From assembly GCF_009914755.1 (NCBI RefSeq), contig NC_060936.1: a stretch of DNA of 64,000 nucleotides. One strand, 5' to 3'. The notes beneath the pieces were generated by a model, which saw only the letters and a program-made list of their open reading frames with translations, was not told where the DNA came from and ran no database searches. This DNA comes from the human T2T-CHM13v2.0 reference genome, Homo sapiens. Below, piece after piece: positions 11,165 to 24,121 of the stretch; position 1 is the stretch's first letter; each line of letters begins with the position of its first letter. The position numbers were made by a program, and so were the translations under genes.

Positions 11165-13399
11165 GTAGTAACTCTACTGGTGCACTCCTCTGAGTTGTGC
11201 TAACAAAGAAGAATGCTGAAAGAAAAGGGAAATGAACACCATTTTCAGGCAGCTTCTCCAAGTTTTTTTGACAGTGTTATAATTTTCCTTTAGCGACTGT
11301 TGAAGCAAATATCTGTATTTATGTTCAGATTAAACCGAGAGAGCAAAGACTGCTAAAGCCAGTAATTTCTGGGCTGCAAATGCAGGATAGCTCCAGTGAA
11401 TTTCAGATTCTTAAAGGTTTTTGCTGTAGCGAATTCATGACACAAAGCATTTGGAGGGAAACCTATTAGAGAAGAAACACATCCTAAATGAGAATTACTG
11501 AGGACGGGAGGCTCTTGTCATTTATTGGATTAGTTATAGCACTTTACACAAGCCTGTAATATTTGTTCTGCTGCTGTGGTGTGACTGGTAAAATGAAAAG
11601 GTATGTCAAGGGAGTGCTTGACTGACGTTCTTATTTCTTCCGTCTTCTTATATTGCTGGGAGGATTCTACCACTGCAGGGCTAGAAATTAATATCACACT
11701 CATTTGATAGGAAGAGCAAAAGCAAGGTTATGAGTCAGAGACATTTTGGTCCCAGAACAATAACTCTATTGATTGAGTCAAATATGTTTAACTCCAACAG
11801 CAAGACCTTCCATCTGCGTGAAATAATCATGTCCGTTAATTGTAAACAGGAGCATCTTTGAAAGCTGAGCTAGAGGCGGAGCAACTGGTAAACCAGATGT
11901 CCCAAATTTCTAGGTTTGTACATTGTAATTGTTCTAGACTTGTGTGTGGATATTGGTAAAATGACATAGTCAGATATCTCACAGATTTTGTGAGATATGT
12001 CCAAAGTTCCCAAGTTAATTTATTACTAAAGTTAGAATTTCACTTACTGTGAGATTGGAATGCCAGCCAGCTACTGAACCTTATGTGTGCCTAGGGGCCA
12101 TTTTGAGACAATTTGCTGAATATTAAAAGTACAACCAATAATGTTTCTCTCCACATCCACAATAGCGCTTAGAGGAAGCATCTGGGATTGAGCCATCTCA
12201 CATCTGTCTAATCACATTCATTCAAATGTGATGGGCCCAACTGGCCTACGTACATGGCTGCATATCACCATGGGTGGAAATTAAATCAGAATTTGGCTCA
12301 GGAGAGAGATGAAGAGAAAATGCACGTAGATAATTGGCTCAGATAACATTCTGTTTCTGGAAGTCACAAAGAGTGGAAATTGGAATATGTAAATTAAAGA
12401 AAAACAGGTAAGAATTCACATGAACCCCAACCACACACCCTGTGTATGTTCTCATTCTCATTCTCTCTATGGTGCCTGTGAGCAGTTGGAGTTTGAATTT
12501 TTCAGTCAGTAAGGTTTGCTGTTTATTCGAGGGCTGCTCCTAAAAAATAATCAGGTCTAGTCAAGAATATAGAAAAGTGAAATTATGCATATTTTCCTGG
12601 GGAATATAATAGATGTTCTCATAGTCTTACAATGTAAAAAAAATGAAGGTAAGACTCTAGCTCCCTTTCTTCTATCTTTCTGGCCTCATTTTAGGCTAAT
12701 ATTTTCTTTTGCAACCATATACCAAATTATTACATATGGAAGCTGTGAAACTGAAGGTTCTGTAAAACTTTAAAGCCAGAGAACTTATGACTCCTCCATA
12801 TAGGAAGAGAAATGGGAGAATATTAGGCTGTTTTTAATACTGGGCATCTGGTATTTTTCAGTCCTTAAGATCAAGTCCGCAATGGAAGAAGAGCATTCAT
12901 CTGGTACAGGTTGATGATTGTGTAAGCCCAAGGAGTGATGTCAACACTGGGGTTCACCTGAGAACATGGACATGGTTGATGAGGGTTTAGGAGATGCTCA
13001 TACGAAGTCTTCATATGTTCCCTGGATCCCAGCTCTGCCTTCCCACCAGAGAGGATGTAATTCAGCCGAGATGCCCAGAGTCAGCTCTCTGCTCATATCT
13101 GTTCCGCACTGAAGCCAATCATCTGAGAAACCTAAGAAGTGTTTAATGTAGTTAGGAAAGTGAGGGATGAAGACCATAAATTCCTTTTCATGTAGCAGAG
13201 TATATATGTGATACTCATTCTGTGGTATTTGGGGCATAAACAAGAGTCGATGAAGGAATGTGAAAGTACTCGAAATCCTGACTTTTATCTCTATAAAAAT
13301 GGCATAGGGATGAAACACACTTGGTTGTTATGACTGTACTCTTTTCAGATTTACTACTTGCCTTTCTACTGATTTTTCTGTGCCACAGGTCTTGACTCC

Positions 13400-13868
13400 T
13401 GTAGGCTAAATTTCTCAGCCTCTTCTGCTCACTGATATATGGGAAGGTTTGGCCAAAGGTGGGTGACTGGTGGGGAGAAGGATGAGGGAATTCAGGGGAT
13501 TGCTGAGCCCATTCTCTAGACAGTGCTGCTGGCACTGGCTCTGTCTTCTCCGTTTCCATCTCGCATCAGACGGTTCTTCCCTCTATGGGCCTAGTCCTAC
13601 CTAGACACTTTCCAGTTGGATTCCAGTTCTGGGGATGCTCCCTCCTGCAGGGATCTAAGTCCTTCCCATTGTCTTCGGCTCCTGGGCTCAGCTAGAACCA
13701 TCTTTTCCCATTGTCCCTGTGGTGCTAGGGCTTTCAGTGGTTATTAACGTCTGTGTTGTATCATCTTGCCTGAATTTCAGCTCTCTGTAACCAGTTCCCC
13801 AAATAAAATTCCCCCCATTTACCTACCTTCTGTGAGTCTGTTTGCCTGACATGACCGTATTAAGTATA
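13400..13868 (+). mobile_element. Old ERVL-type LTR remnant
   Basis: LTR-like 3' end 'ctgtaaccagttccccaaataaaattccccc...gtctgtttgcctgacatgacc'. Confidence 0.4.
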
Positions 13869-13873
13869 CCCGA

Positions 13874-14187
13874 TATATTAGTGAGCTTCGGATGATATCA
13901 CAATGTGCCGTAGACTGGGTGGCATAAAAAACAAAGGAATGTATTTCTCATTGTTCTGGAGCTGGGAAGTCCAAGATAAAGGTGCTAGCCAATTCTATTT
14001 CTGATGAGGGCTCTCTTCCTGGCTTGTGGATGGCCACCTTGTCACTCTATTCACACACGGTGAAGAGAGATAGAGAGCAAGCTTTCTGCTGTTGCTTCTT
14101 ATAAGGGCACTAATCTCCTCATCATGGCCCCAACCTCTTGACCTCATCCAAACCTAATTCCCTCTCAAAGGCCCCATCTCCAGATAT
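13874..14187 (-). mobile_element. MLT1A-type MaLR LTR
   Basis: 'gactgggtggcataaaaaacaaaggaatgtatttctcattgttctggagctgggaagtccaagataaagg...cttataagggcactaatc'. Confidence 0.85.
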
Positions 14188-14284
14188 GTTGCAGCATAGG
14201 ATGGTCCACAAACACATGTGGGACTTAGCGCCATCGCTTCACTGAGCATGAGCTCGGGAGCTCATGAGGGCTGTAGTGCCCAGA

Positions 14285-15525
14285 CAGTGGTCCCCAGACT
14301 CCAGTGATTTAGGTAATCCCACCATATTTTTTTTATCATGCCACTCAAGAGTTTATTCATAACTGTGAACTTCCTATCCTGTTGTTAATGTTTTATTCCT
14401 GAAGTGAACTCAATATTTTTTCTTAAAAATAATTTCCGTTTCAATTTTTAGATGTTTTTGAAGTAGAAGAACACAGACAAGTTGCACAGCTTACATTTTA
14501 CAAATTCCACATATCCAGAACGAGCAACAGAACATTACCATGCACCCCTTCCCAGTCACCAATTCCCCTCCAAGAGTAACATCTACACTGATTCTTTGCT
14601 TACAATCAAATAGAAGAAAGAGGAAATGCTATGAAGGGGTTCCTCATCAAAGAGGCTGTCCAAATGACTACTAATCACATGATACGTTCTCAACCTTCAC
14701 CAAGGAAATTCAATACAATATCTCTATAGACTCACCACAATGACTAACACGAAAAAGACAAATATGCAAAATGCTGGCAACCAAAGTTTCCTTATATTGC
14801 TGTACCCATACCCTGTAGTCGGTACATCACTTTAGTAAACTCTTTGGAAATATCTATCAATGCTTGCACATATGCATATCCTATGACCCAGCAACTCCAC
14901 TCCAAGGTACACATACAACCTAGAAGTACATGCAATTTATGATCTAGCATGCCCACAGTAGCTCTACATGTAAAGAAAAGAAAGCAGCATGAACAATAGA
15001 ATAAATACAATGTAATATACTTACATAATGGAAGAATACACAATAATGAGATTTAAAGATATCTAACTATACATAATAATGGCAGTATATCATAAATATA
15101 ATATTCAACGCAAAAAGCAGTCTTGAGACTATGTGCTTTTGACTGCATATAAATAAATATATTTAAAAAGAAATTTTCTACTGCTACCAGAAATGGAAAA
15201 TCAGAATCACTTAAAAAGCAAACCTCCCTCCAAATTATTAAATCCCCCCAAATAATATTAAATCCTACCTATATTTGGTTGCCTACCAAATTTCCTTACC
15301 TAAGACCTCTTTGTTAAAAAGATTTTCTAGCGTAAGAGAGGTTTAATGAATATACCAGCGTTAAAATGAGTCTTTTTTCTTACAGTCACATGAGGTATTG
15401 AAAGAGAACTGGAAATGAAATTGCCTAATGAGTCATCAGACAGCAACTAAAAGTCTTGAACTGTGACAGCCACCAAAAGTACGAATAGCTCACATCCCTC
15501 CAGTGGTGTGAATCTGACATTTGAT
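14285..15525 (+). mobile_element. MER113-like element split by an L1ME insertion
   Basis: 5' end 'cagtggtccccagactccagtgattt' to about 14440; resumes at about 15155 'atttaaaaagaaatttt...aaatggaaaatcagaatcactt'. Confidence 0.5.
14445..15155. mobile_element. Ancient L1ME-like fragments in opposite orientations
   Basis: Antisense 3'-terminal piece about 14445-14610, then sense piece about 14615-15155 ('cctatgacccagcaactccactccaaggtacacatac'). Confidence 0.6.
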
Positions 15526-15679
15526 AGAATAAAGTGGGTATGGATGGCTAAGATTCATCATTATTAGTTCCGAACATAATAGTGATATGGGTTCAAGGCT
15601 CTCTGGTTAATGAATTCATTCCGTTTGAAAAGGCAAATGAGACTTCTTCAAGCAGCAAAGAACAGGCAGTGGCTCCATG

Positions 15680-16055
15680 CTGTGTGCCTCTTCTCTCACT
15701 CCCCCTTCTCTTACTCGCTCATTCTGAGGGAAGCCAACTGCCATGTTGCGAGCTGCCCTACAGAGTGGTTCATGGGACTCGAAACCAAAGGATGCCTCCA
15801 GGCTCCAGTCAATGGGGAACTAAGGTCCTCAGTCCAACAGCCCGTGAGAAATTGAACGCCCTGAAGCTACAGAATGCATTGGGAACTGGGTCTCCCCCAG
15901 TAGAGCTTTCCGATAAACCTGGATCCACAGCCACACCCACCTGACTGAACCTCATGAGGGCGCTATAGCCCGAAGCACACAAGTAAGTCACCTGCATCTG
16001 ACTACTGACCTACAGAAACTGTGAGGAATGAATGCTTCTGTTTGAAACTGCTAAA
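15680..16055 (+). mobile_element. MLT1E-type MaLR LTR
   Basis: 'gggaagccaactgccatgttgcgagctgccct...ctcagtccaacagcccgtgagaaattgaa...tgacctacagaaactgtgagg'. Confidence 0.75.
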
Positions 16056-16145
16056 ACAAACGAAAACCCAACAAACCAACACAGCAAAAAATATTGCCTG
16101 AATAACTTTAACGCAAGCAGCACTCATTTTATGTTACCTGTGAGG

Positions 16146-16460
16146 TTTCTTTTTCTTTTTTCTTTCTTTCTTTTTTTTTTTTTTTTTTGAGAAGAAGTCT
16201 CTCTCTGTCGCCAGGCTGGAGTGCAGCGGTGCGATCTTGGCTCACTGCAACCTCCGCTTCAAACGATTCTCCTGCCTCAGCCTCCCAAGTAGCTAAGACT
16301 ACAGGTGCCCACCACCACGCACAGCTAATTTTTTGTATTTTTAGTACAGACGGGGTTTCACCATATTGGCCAGGGTAATCTCTATCTCCTGACCTAGTGA
16401 TCCACCCGCCTTGGCCTCCCAAACTGCTGGGATTACAGGGGTGAGCCACCGTGCCTGGCC
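16146..16460 (-). mobile_element. AluSc-like
   Basis: Antisense dimer; 'ctgtcgccaggctgg' and 'gacctagtgatcc' Sc-type indels; small internal deletion near 16258. Confidence 0.92.
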
Positions 16461-17739
16461 TTCATTTTTAATTTATATATTTTTGTTTCCTAAGATGAGA
16501 TCTCTCTGTAAAAAGAAAAACGATATCCAGGAACTTCCAAGATGGTAGCTTGCCTGTGGTTGAGAAGATAGTCTTATAGGCTTCAAGATCAATGTGCAGT
16601 CAAGGTGTGTCTCCAGAGTTATATCTTTTGTCTTTTTATGTAGCTGCTTTAACTTGGCAGTTTATCACTGAAAAAAAAAATGTGCTTTTCAATTACTCTT
16701 ATTTCCTCTAAAATGTAAAGTCAATGCTGTTGGTTGGAATCCCATTTTTTTTTCTTTCATTGTGCAACGTATTTATTCTTTTTCTTATTTACCTTTCCCT
16801 ATGGTTGAATTCTGAGAGTAATTTCTGGACAGTTTGGAAAATTGAATTTCAGGTTGTTTTTTTTTTTTTTTTTTAGAAAAAAAGAAAGAAATCAGTATTC
16901 TACATTCCCCTAATAGAATAGAAGTGATTCCCACAGCTGCTTCTTACGATTTATTGATGAGTTCAGGGTAAGTCTTCCTTGGGAGTGTCCTTTTATTTGT
17001 TATATTAAGAGTTGATAAGACAGTGAGGAATTTAATAATTTTCAGCTTAAGTACTGGAGCTAAGAAAGAAGTAACAATTTTTAAATATAAAAATACAATT
17101 AGGCACATATTTTCTTTTTTTCCTAGCATGATAATTGCATGTACTTCAGATATTAAATATCAACTGGTAGATGAATGGGCTTGACTCTACTAATTACAAA
17201 ATAAGACATTCCATGGCCCATGGTCCAATCATGGTCAGTGGCTTAGTAGTCAATTAATGAACGAAAGAAAAAATGAGGGCTAAATCATAAATAAAAATGA
17301 TAATAGCAAGACCTCCATGGAGAAGTCTCTAAACGGGTACCATCCATGGCTTCCCATGATACAGCAGCAGATTCTGTGCCCCAACCTCCACCCTTCTTCC
17401 CTGAACCCCCATCTCCTTCTGCCCATGGAATGGGGTATCATCCTCCACGGGTGGGAGGAGATGGGGGTTGAGGGAAGAGGCCTGGGTGTGGGGCACAGAA
17501 GTTGATTCTCCCTACAGGACTCGCTGGGGTAATCATAAAATTTTATTCTTGTTCTCTTCCTCCTGTTTACACATCCCATCAATTTCTGTTACTTGCTTGC
17601 AATAGAAAGGCCTGTATCATATCAGGGATTCAGTTTCAACATATTAATTTTGGGTAGACACAAATATTCAGTCCACAACAGACACCTTTTTAGGGGAGAA
17701 TTTTCTAGTTAGGTTACATAAACTCAATGTCCCCCACCA

Positions 17740-18000
17740 AAATTCCTATCCCCCTTCTTGCTTAATTTTTTATGTTTGTGTTCATACCATGGAAAATATG
17801 TTACTTTATTGACTTTCCATTACCTTCTCTGTCTTCTTGAATATAGCTCTAAAATAAGAGCTTCATGAACACTCATGAAGTCAGAGTTTTTCATTTGTTT
17901 CATGAAGTCAGGGTTTTTCATTTGCTTTGCTCCCAGCTATAGCCTCATGTCTTGAACAGTGCCTCCCACAGAGGAGGGACTCAAACATTTGGTGGATGAG
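17740..18000 (+). mobile_element. L2 3' fragment with internal 27-bp duplication
   Basis: 'gaacagtgcctcccacagaggagggactcaaacatttggtggatgag'; duplicated units start 17873 and 17900. Confidence 0.6.
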
Positions 18001-18879
18001 TTTTACACAACACTGGGACTCAATCACTGCAGCTCGCTGTCAACCTTAGAAGCTGACCCCTCTCCAGACTTTGCCCAAGAGGCATGTTTTTGGTGTGACG
18101 TGCTTTGTGGGAATCACTTGGTCCTCCCAAGACATCCTTCCTCTCTCACAACAAAAGACCTTGGACATATCAGTCATCATTTGGCAACCTGATGCCACAT
18201 CCAGCAACCTGAAAACTGACCATTTTACAACCAACTATTAATATTCATGTCCACTTTATGGAGCTGTTAGAGGAAAACGCCTTCAGCAGCAAGATTTCTC
18301 AAACTTTGGAGCTCTAGAGTCACAGTTATTCAAATGACAAGTTCATGACATTTTGCTTGGATGATATTACATTGATTTCTAGGAAGCAAGATGGTAATGA
18401 TAAGACCTTCGTGAAATAAACATTCTGAGCATTGGAGGCAAAAGAGAAGACTGCATAGATATAAAAAGTTGGCATTCATGGGCCGTTAGAATGGGCTGTT
18501 AAATAAAAACTTTGGCTTCTGCCCATATGGAGAGTCAAAAGGGCATCGTCAGGGTGAAGACTGAAGATGAGGATGTGAAGAGGTCAATCTGAGCTTGAGA
18601 ACCTCGAGGAGTGAAAAGGGTGGAACACAACACCCAGCTCTCATTTCACTTGGCTCTATAATCAGCAATAGATCCTCTCATGAGGACTTGGAGTCCCTGA
18701 GCAAACTTTCTCATAGGTTGGGTGAAGGAAGTGAAGTGATCAATTACATGGAAAATCAGACATACCTGATAGTGAAGCATTGTTTTAATGTCAAGCATGA
18801 TCTAAGATCCCACTGAGGTCTTAGATCAATCATTAGCAGCTAATCAATCATTCTCTGCTTCTGGCCTAAACGATATACA

Positions 18880-19045
18880 GCTACTTATTCTTCCTTTGAG
18901 TTTTTCATTTCCACACTGTGCCTCAGTTTCCTCATTCATAGGATGTGACAATACCTATTTCACAAGTTGTGAATATATCAATAAAATCCTTAGAATAGGG
19001 TCTGAGACACAGTATGTGCTTAATGAGTCTATACTAGTACTATTG
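18880..19045 (+). mobile_element. MIR
   Basis: 'ctgtgcctcagtttcctcattcataggatg...cttagaatagggtctgagacacagtatgtgcttaat'. Confidence 0.7.
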
Positions 19046-19087
19046 TATCATCTATTATTTAAGTGCTATTTTCTCTTTTTTATTCTG

Positions 19088-19806
19088 ATTTTTCACATCC
19101 ATTCCAATATCTAGTGTTTTCTGACTTTTTAATAATGGCCATTTTGCCTGGGGTAAGGTAGTATCTCATTTTGGTTTTAATTTGCATTCCCCTGATGATT
19201 AGTGATGTTCATGTTCGTTGGCCATTTGTATATCCTCTTTTGAGAATTGTCTATTCATGTCATTTGCCCACTTTTTCATGGGATTGTTTATTTTCTTCTT
19301 GCTTTTTTTTTGAGTTCCTTGTAGATTTTGGATATTAGCCCTTTGTCGGATATATAATTTGCAAATATTGTCTCACATTCTATAGGTTGTTTTTTCTGGT
19401 GATTATTTATTTGCTGTGCAGAATCTTTATAGTTTAGGTCACATTTATTTATTGTTTATTTTGTTGCATTTGCTTTTGGAGTCTTAGTTACAAATTCATT
19501 GCCTAGGCCAATATCCAGAAGAGTTTCTTCCTAGGTTTTATTCTAGAATTTCTATGGTTTCAAGTCTTAAGATTTAAATCTTTAATCCATCTAGAGTTGA
19601 TTTTTCTATATAGCGAGAGATATGGCTCTAGTTTCATTCTTCTACATATGGCTATCCAATTCTCCCAGCAGCATTTATTGAATAGGGTGTCCTTTCCCCA
19701 ATTTATGTTTTTGTACGCCTTGTCAAAGATCAGTTAGTTGTAAGTATTTGGCCTTCTTGGGGGGTTGTCTATTCTGTTCCATTGGTCTGTGTATCTACTT
19801 TTATAT
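19088..19806 (-). mobile_element. L1 ORF2 3'-region fragment (L1PB/L1MA-like)
   Basis: 'ggttttaatttgcattcccctgatgattagtgatgtt...ttggccatttgtatatcctcttttgagaattgtctattcatgtc...ttattgaatagggtgtcctttcccc'. Confidence 0.9.
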
Positions 19807-20253
19807 AAGGTTCTTCTTTTACTTGAAAGAGATTTCAGAGGAAAGTGGATTTTTCCCCATGTCTCTTATCCAAAATAGATGAAGAAAAGCCAGAGTAAGA
19901 GGGCCAATTGTTTCCAGAAAAGAAGTAGAACTTATAATTCTTTGTGAAAGTAAAGAGTATCCCTGAATCTTTTGCATGCCAATAACAGTGTTTCTTTAGA
20001 ACGACCAGAATGTTCCACTCAGTTATATTCTTTGCCAGCTTCTTGTAAGCACTCGAACTGGAGATGTCTGGCCCACAGCTTCTGTGTCTAGAGACCAAGG
20101 GACCCCAGAGAGCATCCAGTCCAGTCAGATTCCAGAGCTTTCCAGCTTCACCTGAACACAGGGTTCGTGAAACAGACATTGGGATGGACATACATGTAGG
20201 TTGAGGTCAATGTTGGAGGTTTTCTTATTCTTTCTGCTCGTCTAAGCTTAGAT

Positions 20254-20387
20254 GAACCACATAAATGTTTATTTGGGGATAACATATTTTTAAGTAAGTT
20301 TTTGGGATCTCTTTTGGCTCAAGAACCACATAAATGATTATTTGGGGATAACATGTTTTTAAGTAAGTTGTTGGGATCTCATTTGGC
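20254..20387. repeat. 69-bp tandem duplication
   Basis: 'gaaccacataaatg.ttatttggggataacat.tttttaagtaagtt.ttgggatctc.tttggc' at 20254 and 20323. Confidence 0.92.
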
Positions 20388-20869
20388 AGATCAAGTTAAA
20401 AATGGTAGTGGATTACCTTCCCTAGGGTTTGGCAAAATTGGAGTTTATTCTATCTCTACTTTGCAGAATGTCCAGTGTCTGGGAACATGAGGAATTGTAT
20501 TATTTGGGACTGATGATTGCATTTTATAGAATATATCGATAGGTATGAAATAGGGAAATAAGAGTTGCAGAAAGACTAAACCTGTCTTGTGCTAATGAGA
20601 ATCTTCTGTTTATTCCTTTCTTTGTCAATGTGCTGTTCCTCAATAGACAAGATTTGTTTAAAAAGATACAGATAAAAGTAAAAGGAGGAAACATCAAACA
20701 AGGCTGCCATGACTTTGGGGGCAATTGTAAGATCCATGGCCATCTTTGTTTTAAAGGCTGTATTTAATCTGCCACAGGGTTCCACATACAGCTCCTGATT
20801 AACACGTTTGTGTTTCTACCTTGCAATTTGCTTTATCATGTCCTGTTCTTTCCTTTTATCTTTCCACAT

Positions 20870-21905
20870 TTGTATATGCAGCATCTCCTACATGCCAAGC
20901 ATGATACTAGATGCTGAGAACACAGTGGTGAATTCAGCAAGGTCCCCATCCTTATGGAGAAGCAGAGACCATCAGGGCTCAAAGAAAATGCAATGATTAA
21001 TACTCTAATGTAGTCTCCTATGAGACAAGCAATTTTCTGAGTATTTCGTATATGTTAACTCATTTAATCCTCAAAATAATTCTACAATAGGTACTGATAT
21101 GATCTGCCCTTTAAAGATAGAAAAGGAAGTCACAGAAGGGATTAGTAACTCACTCAAAATCCTTCAGCTGGTAAGGCTTAGGAAGTGATCAGTGGTATGA
21201 AGACCAAAGCAGTGTGGTGTGATAGGGAACTGAGGATAAGAAGAGTTTTCTTACACAGAGTGGACTTTAAGTCAATGATATTGGAAGGTAGATCTATAAA
21301 AAATGAGAGAAAAATAAGCAAATCTGGCAATAGACTATTTGAGGCCATTACAGGAAGAGAAAGAGGTTAGAGGAGAGAAGGGCGGTGGACAGGTAAAGGA
21401 GTGGCAGGGGGTGAGGCAGGAAGTGTGGCAGGTGCAGGTTAGTACAGTCCTAAACGCCTCCTTAGAATTTTGGTCTGAGTGTGAGAAAAGGCAAGGGAGG
21501 TTTCTGAGCAGTGAGAAGGTGTGAGGCAATTCCTGCTTCCCAGGCCTCTCTGGCTACTTTGGGAAGCAGCTGCATGGAGAAAGAGGAGCAGGAGGAGGCT
21601 GTACTGTCCCCAGGATGGAGGTGAGGACAGGGCACCAGGGCAGTGTTAGAGAAAGTGAGGAGTTGTGGCTGGGTTCCGGGTATATTTCCAATATGGGGAA
21701 GCAAAAAATATTTGGTGAGGAATATTCCTGCCAGGATTATGCAAAGAAGAATGCCCCTGAGGAATCTATGAAACCCATTTCACTTATTTACGTTAGCTAC
21801 CTGGCTAGTCATGTCCCCAGATTCTGTGCTGCACAATTGAATGGCAGATGGAGCCATTTATTGGGAGGAGAATGTTTGTAGGAGGAAATGAATTTGGGGA
21901 AGGGA
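20870..21905 (-). mobile_element. L2 remnant containing a MIR (20998-21178)
   Basis: L2 'ctacatgccaagcatgatactagatgctgagaacacagtggtgaa'; MIR 'aactcatttaatcctcaaaataattct'; purine-rich L2 body follows. Confidence 0.55.
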
Positions 21906-22020
21906 AAACTAAGTGCATGAAAACTGCCTAAGTGGTAGAGGTAAAGTTCAATTTTAACTTGATTCATTTTCAGAAGGACCAGGGAAATCTAAACAGCAGA
22001 ACCTTTGTGCAAAAAAAAAA

Positions 22021-22245
22021 AATAATAATAATAATATCAATACTAGTTCACCCCTACATGGTGCTTAAATGTGCCAGGCCAGGCATAGGTAGAAAAACTT
22101 CACATGCGTTAGCTCCCTTCATTCTCGCAGCTGACACCATCATCCCCATTTAACAGATGGCAGAGGTGAGGCACTGGCTGAATGTGCTGTTTGAGATTAG
22201 TCACAGGGAGAAGGTGGAGGCATGATGTGCACGCAGGCAATGTGG
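22021..22245 (-). mobile_element. MIR
   Basis: 'gtgcttaaatgtgccaggcc...catccccatttaacagatggcagaggtgaggcac'. Confidence 0.65.
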
Positions 22246-22254
22246 GAAGACAAT

Positions 22255-22255
<1 letters not shown>

Positions 22256-22296
<41 letters not shown>
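22256..22296. repeat. (TAT)n microsatellite
   Basis: About 13 units. Confidence 0.95.
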
Positions 22297-22297
<1 letters not shown>

Positions 22298-23692
22298 TTA
22301 TATGTCAACCTGTCAATTTTTCTCAAAGGCTTATTGACTTAAATTAGTTTAGACATCCAAAATGTTCATTTCTTGGCTAAACAAATCTCATGTTAGACAT
22401 GTCAAGGTATAGTTGATCTCAGATTATAGTGATTGATGAGGAATTCTGCATGAATCATCATTTTGAACTAATCCTACTTAATTGAATTTACAACATAATG
22501 TAGGTTGCTAACTCTTTTGACATGAGCACAAGTAAGGTACTTTCCATTGTTCCTAGGAAAAAAGTACCCTGCTATTTAAAAATTTAAAAATCTGTGTAAG
22601 TTTTAACTATATAATATTACCCAAATATACATATATTTGGAAATTCTAAAGTCCCCCTGATTTCTCAATTTTGTCTTTAAGCTTAATTGTTTTATCTCCA
22701 GAAACTCCAGAAGCTGACTCAGAGGTAACCACTGCTTTAGAACTTATTTAAAGGCAAGAGCTGATGAATTCAAACTCTTTTAAAATCCTCCCTTAGGCAA
22801 AGTTCTGAGCTCTCATAACTCATTTTACTGACTTTTCCTTCCATCTTTAATTTACATTTGGTGATATAGAGGAAGTGTTGTGTTTATTTTTTCGGCCACC
22901 TTTCCACTGAGCCTTTGTGATCACTATTATGTAGGACAAGATCTTGATTCTCGTTTTCTCCTGAGGAAAGTAGTCTGATACTTTTAAAAGAATCCATCGT
23001 TTGAATTGCATTCTCCACTGTCTCCAGTAGGAGAATGTATTTATGTTAATTCCACAGGAATGATTCAGGGATTTGTCATAGCCCTGGCCTTAGTTAAATG
23101 ATCAGAGGTAGAAACTCTAAGGAAAGCTGCTATTTCACTATTTAATGTTTTATTATCCATGTGTCCAAATCTCCAAGGCATTATGGTAAATAATTTTGCA
23201 CCATTTTTTTCCCTCATAAACAATAGATTGTTTTTTTTTTTCCCCATGCCTGTCTCTCTGGTCTATGGACTATGGAATGTACAGAAATTTCTTTGAAATA
23301 ATGGCATCTTGAGGACAATTTTGGGAGGGAAGGTAGACCAAGAGAAGAAAACAGGACACTAAAAGATATCCCCAAGTCGCTAAAATGTACTTGCTGGTAT
23401 CAGGGAAGTATTTTAGGTATCTTTACTTTGTACCTAATCCTGGGCCTGTTATAGGTTCTTAAAACAAAGGAAGAATGAAGAAAACCTTCCTTTAAATACT
23501 TCTTGACTCTTTTCCCTAGAGACTCATACAAACGGAGCTGCCTGTGCCAATGCTACTCTGGGATTTAAATGTACAAAGATATTTTAAAATATTTTCATGT
23601 TCAAAGAAAATAATGTCTGAGCTAGAAAAAAAGGGGCACCCAAGATAGTGCTCTACATATTTTATGTGTTGAATCAACCCAATAGTCTTTGG

Positions 23693-23825
23693 TTTTACCA
23701 TTTTATAGATGATGACACTAAGGTTTAGAGAAGGTGAGTGAGTTACCCTGGGTCACAGGGCATGTTAGTGGTGAGGTCAGGGTTTATACCCAAACCTTCT
23801 AAATCCAGAATTAGAGATCTTACTC
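23693..23825 (-). mobile_element. MIR
   Basis: 'ccattttatagatgatgacactaaggtttagagaaggtgagtgagttaccctgggtcacag'. Confidence 0.75.
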
Positions 23826-24035
23826 ATGAGGCTGTCTTAAAGCTGGCGATCTCATTGGATAAGTTCAAAATGTTGCCACTTCCCTATCCACCCAAGCACA
23901 AAAGATCAGAGAGTAGAAGATTAGAGGCAAGCAGAGGCCACTGTTTTCTCGATTGTGAAGGGTCAGCCTTGAAAACATCATTAACAATTACACGTGACAT
24001 TTAAAAAAATATTTTCAACCTCTTGAGGATATTCC

Positions 24036-24121
24036 CTTTGGTTCCTAAAATGCAGTTAGAAATTAGTATCTGGATTAGTATCTTTGATTCCTAAAATGCA
24101 GTTAGAAATTAGTATCTGGAT
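24036..24121. repeat. 46-bp-period tandem duplication
   Basis: 34 identical nt 'ttcctaaaatgcagttagaaattagtatctggat' at 24042 and 24088. Confidence 0.92.

Noticed and set aside
18798-18828. 10-bp inverted repeat tgatctaaga/tcttagatca
   Set aside because: Short stem with no supporting context; plausible by chance in 64 kb
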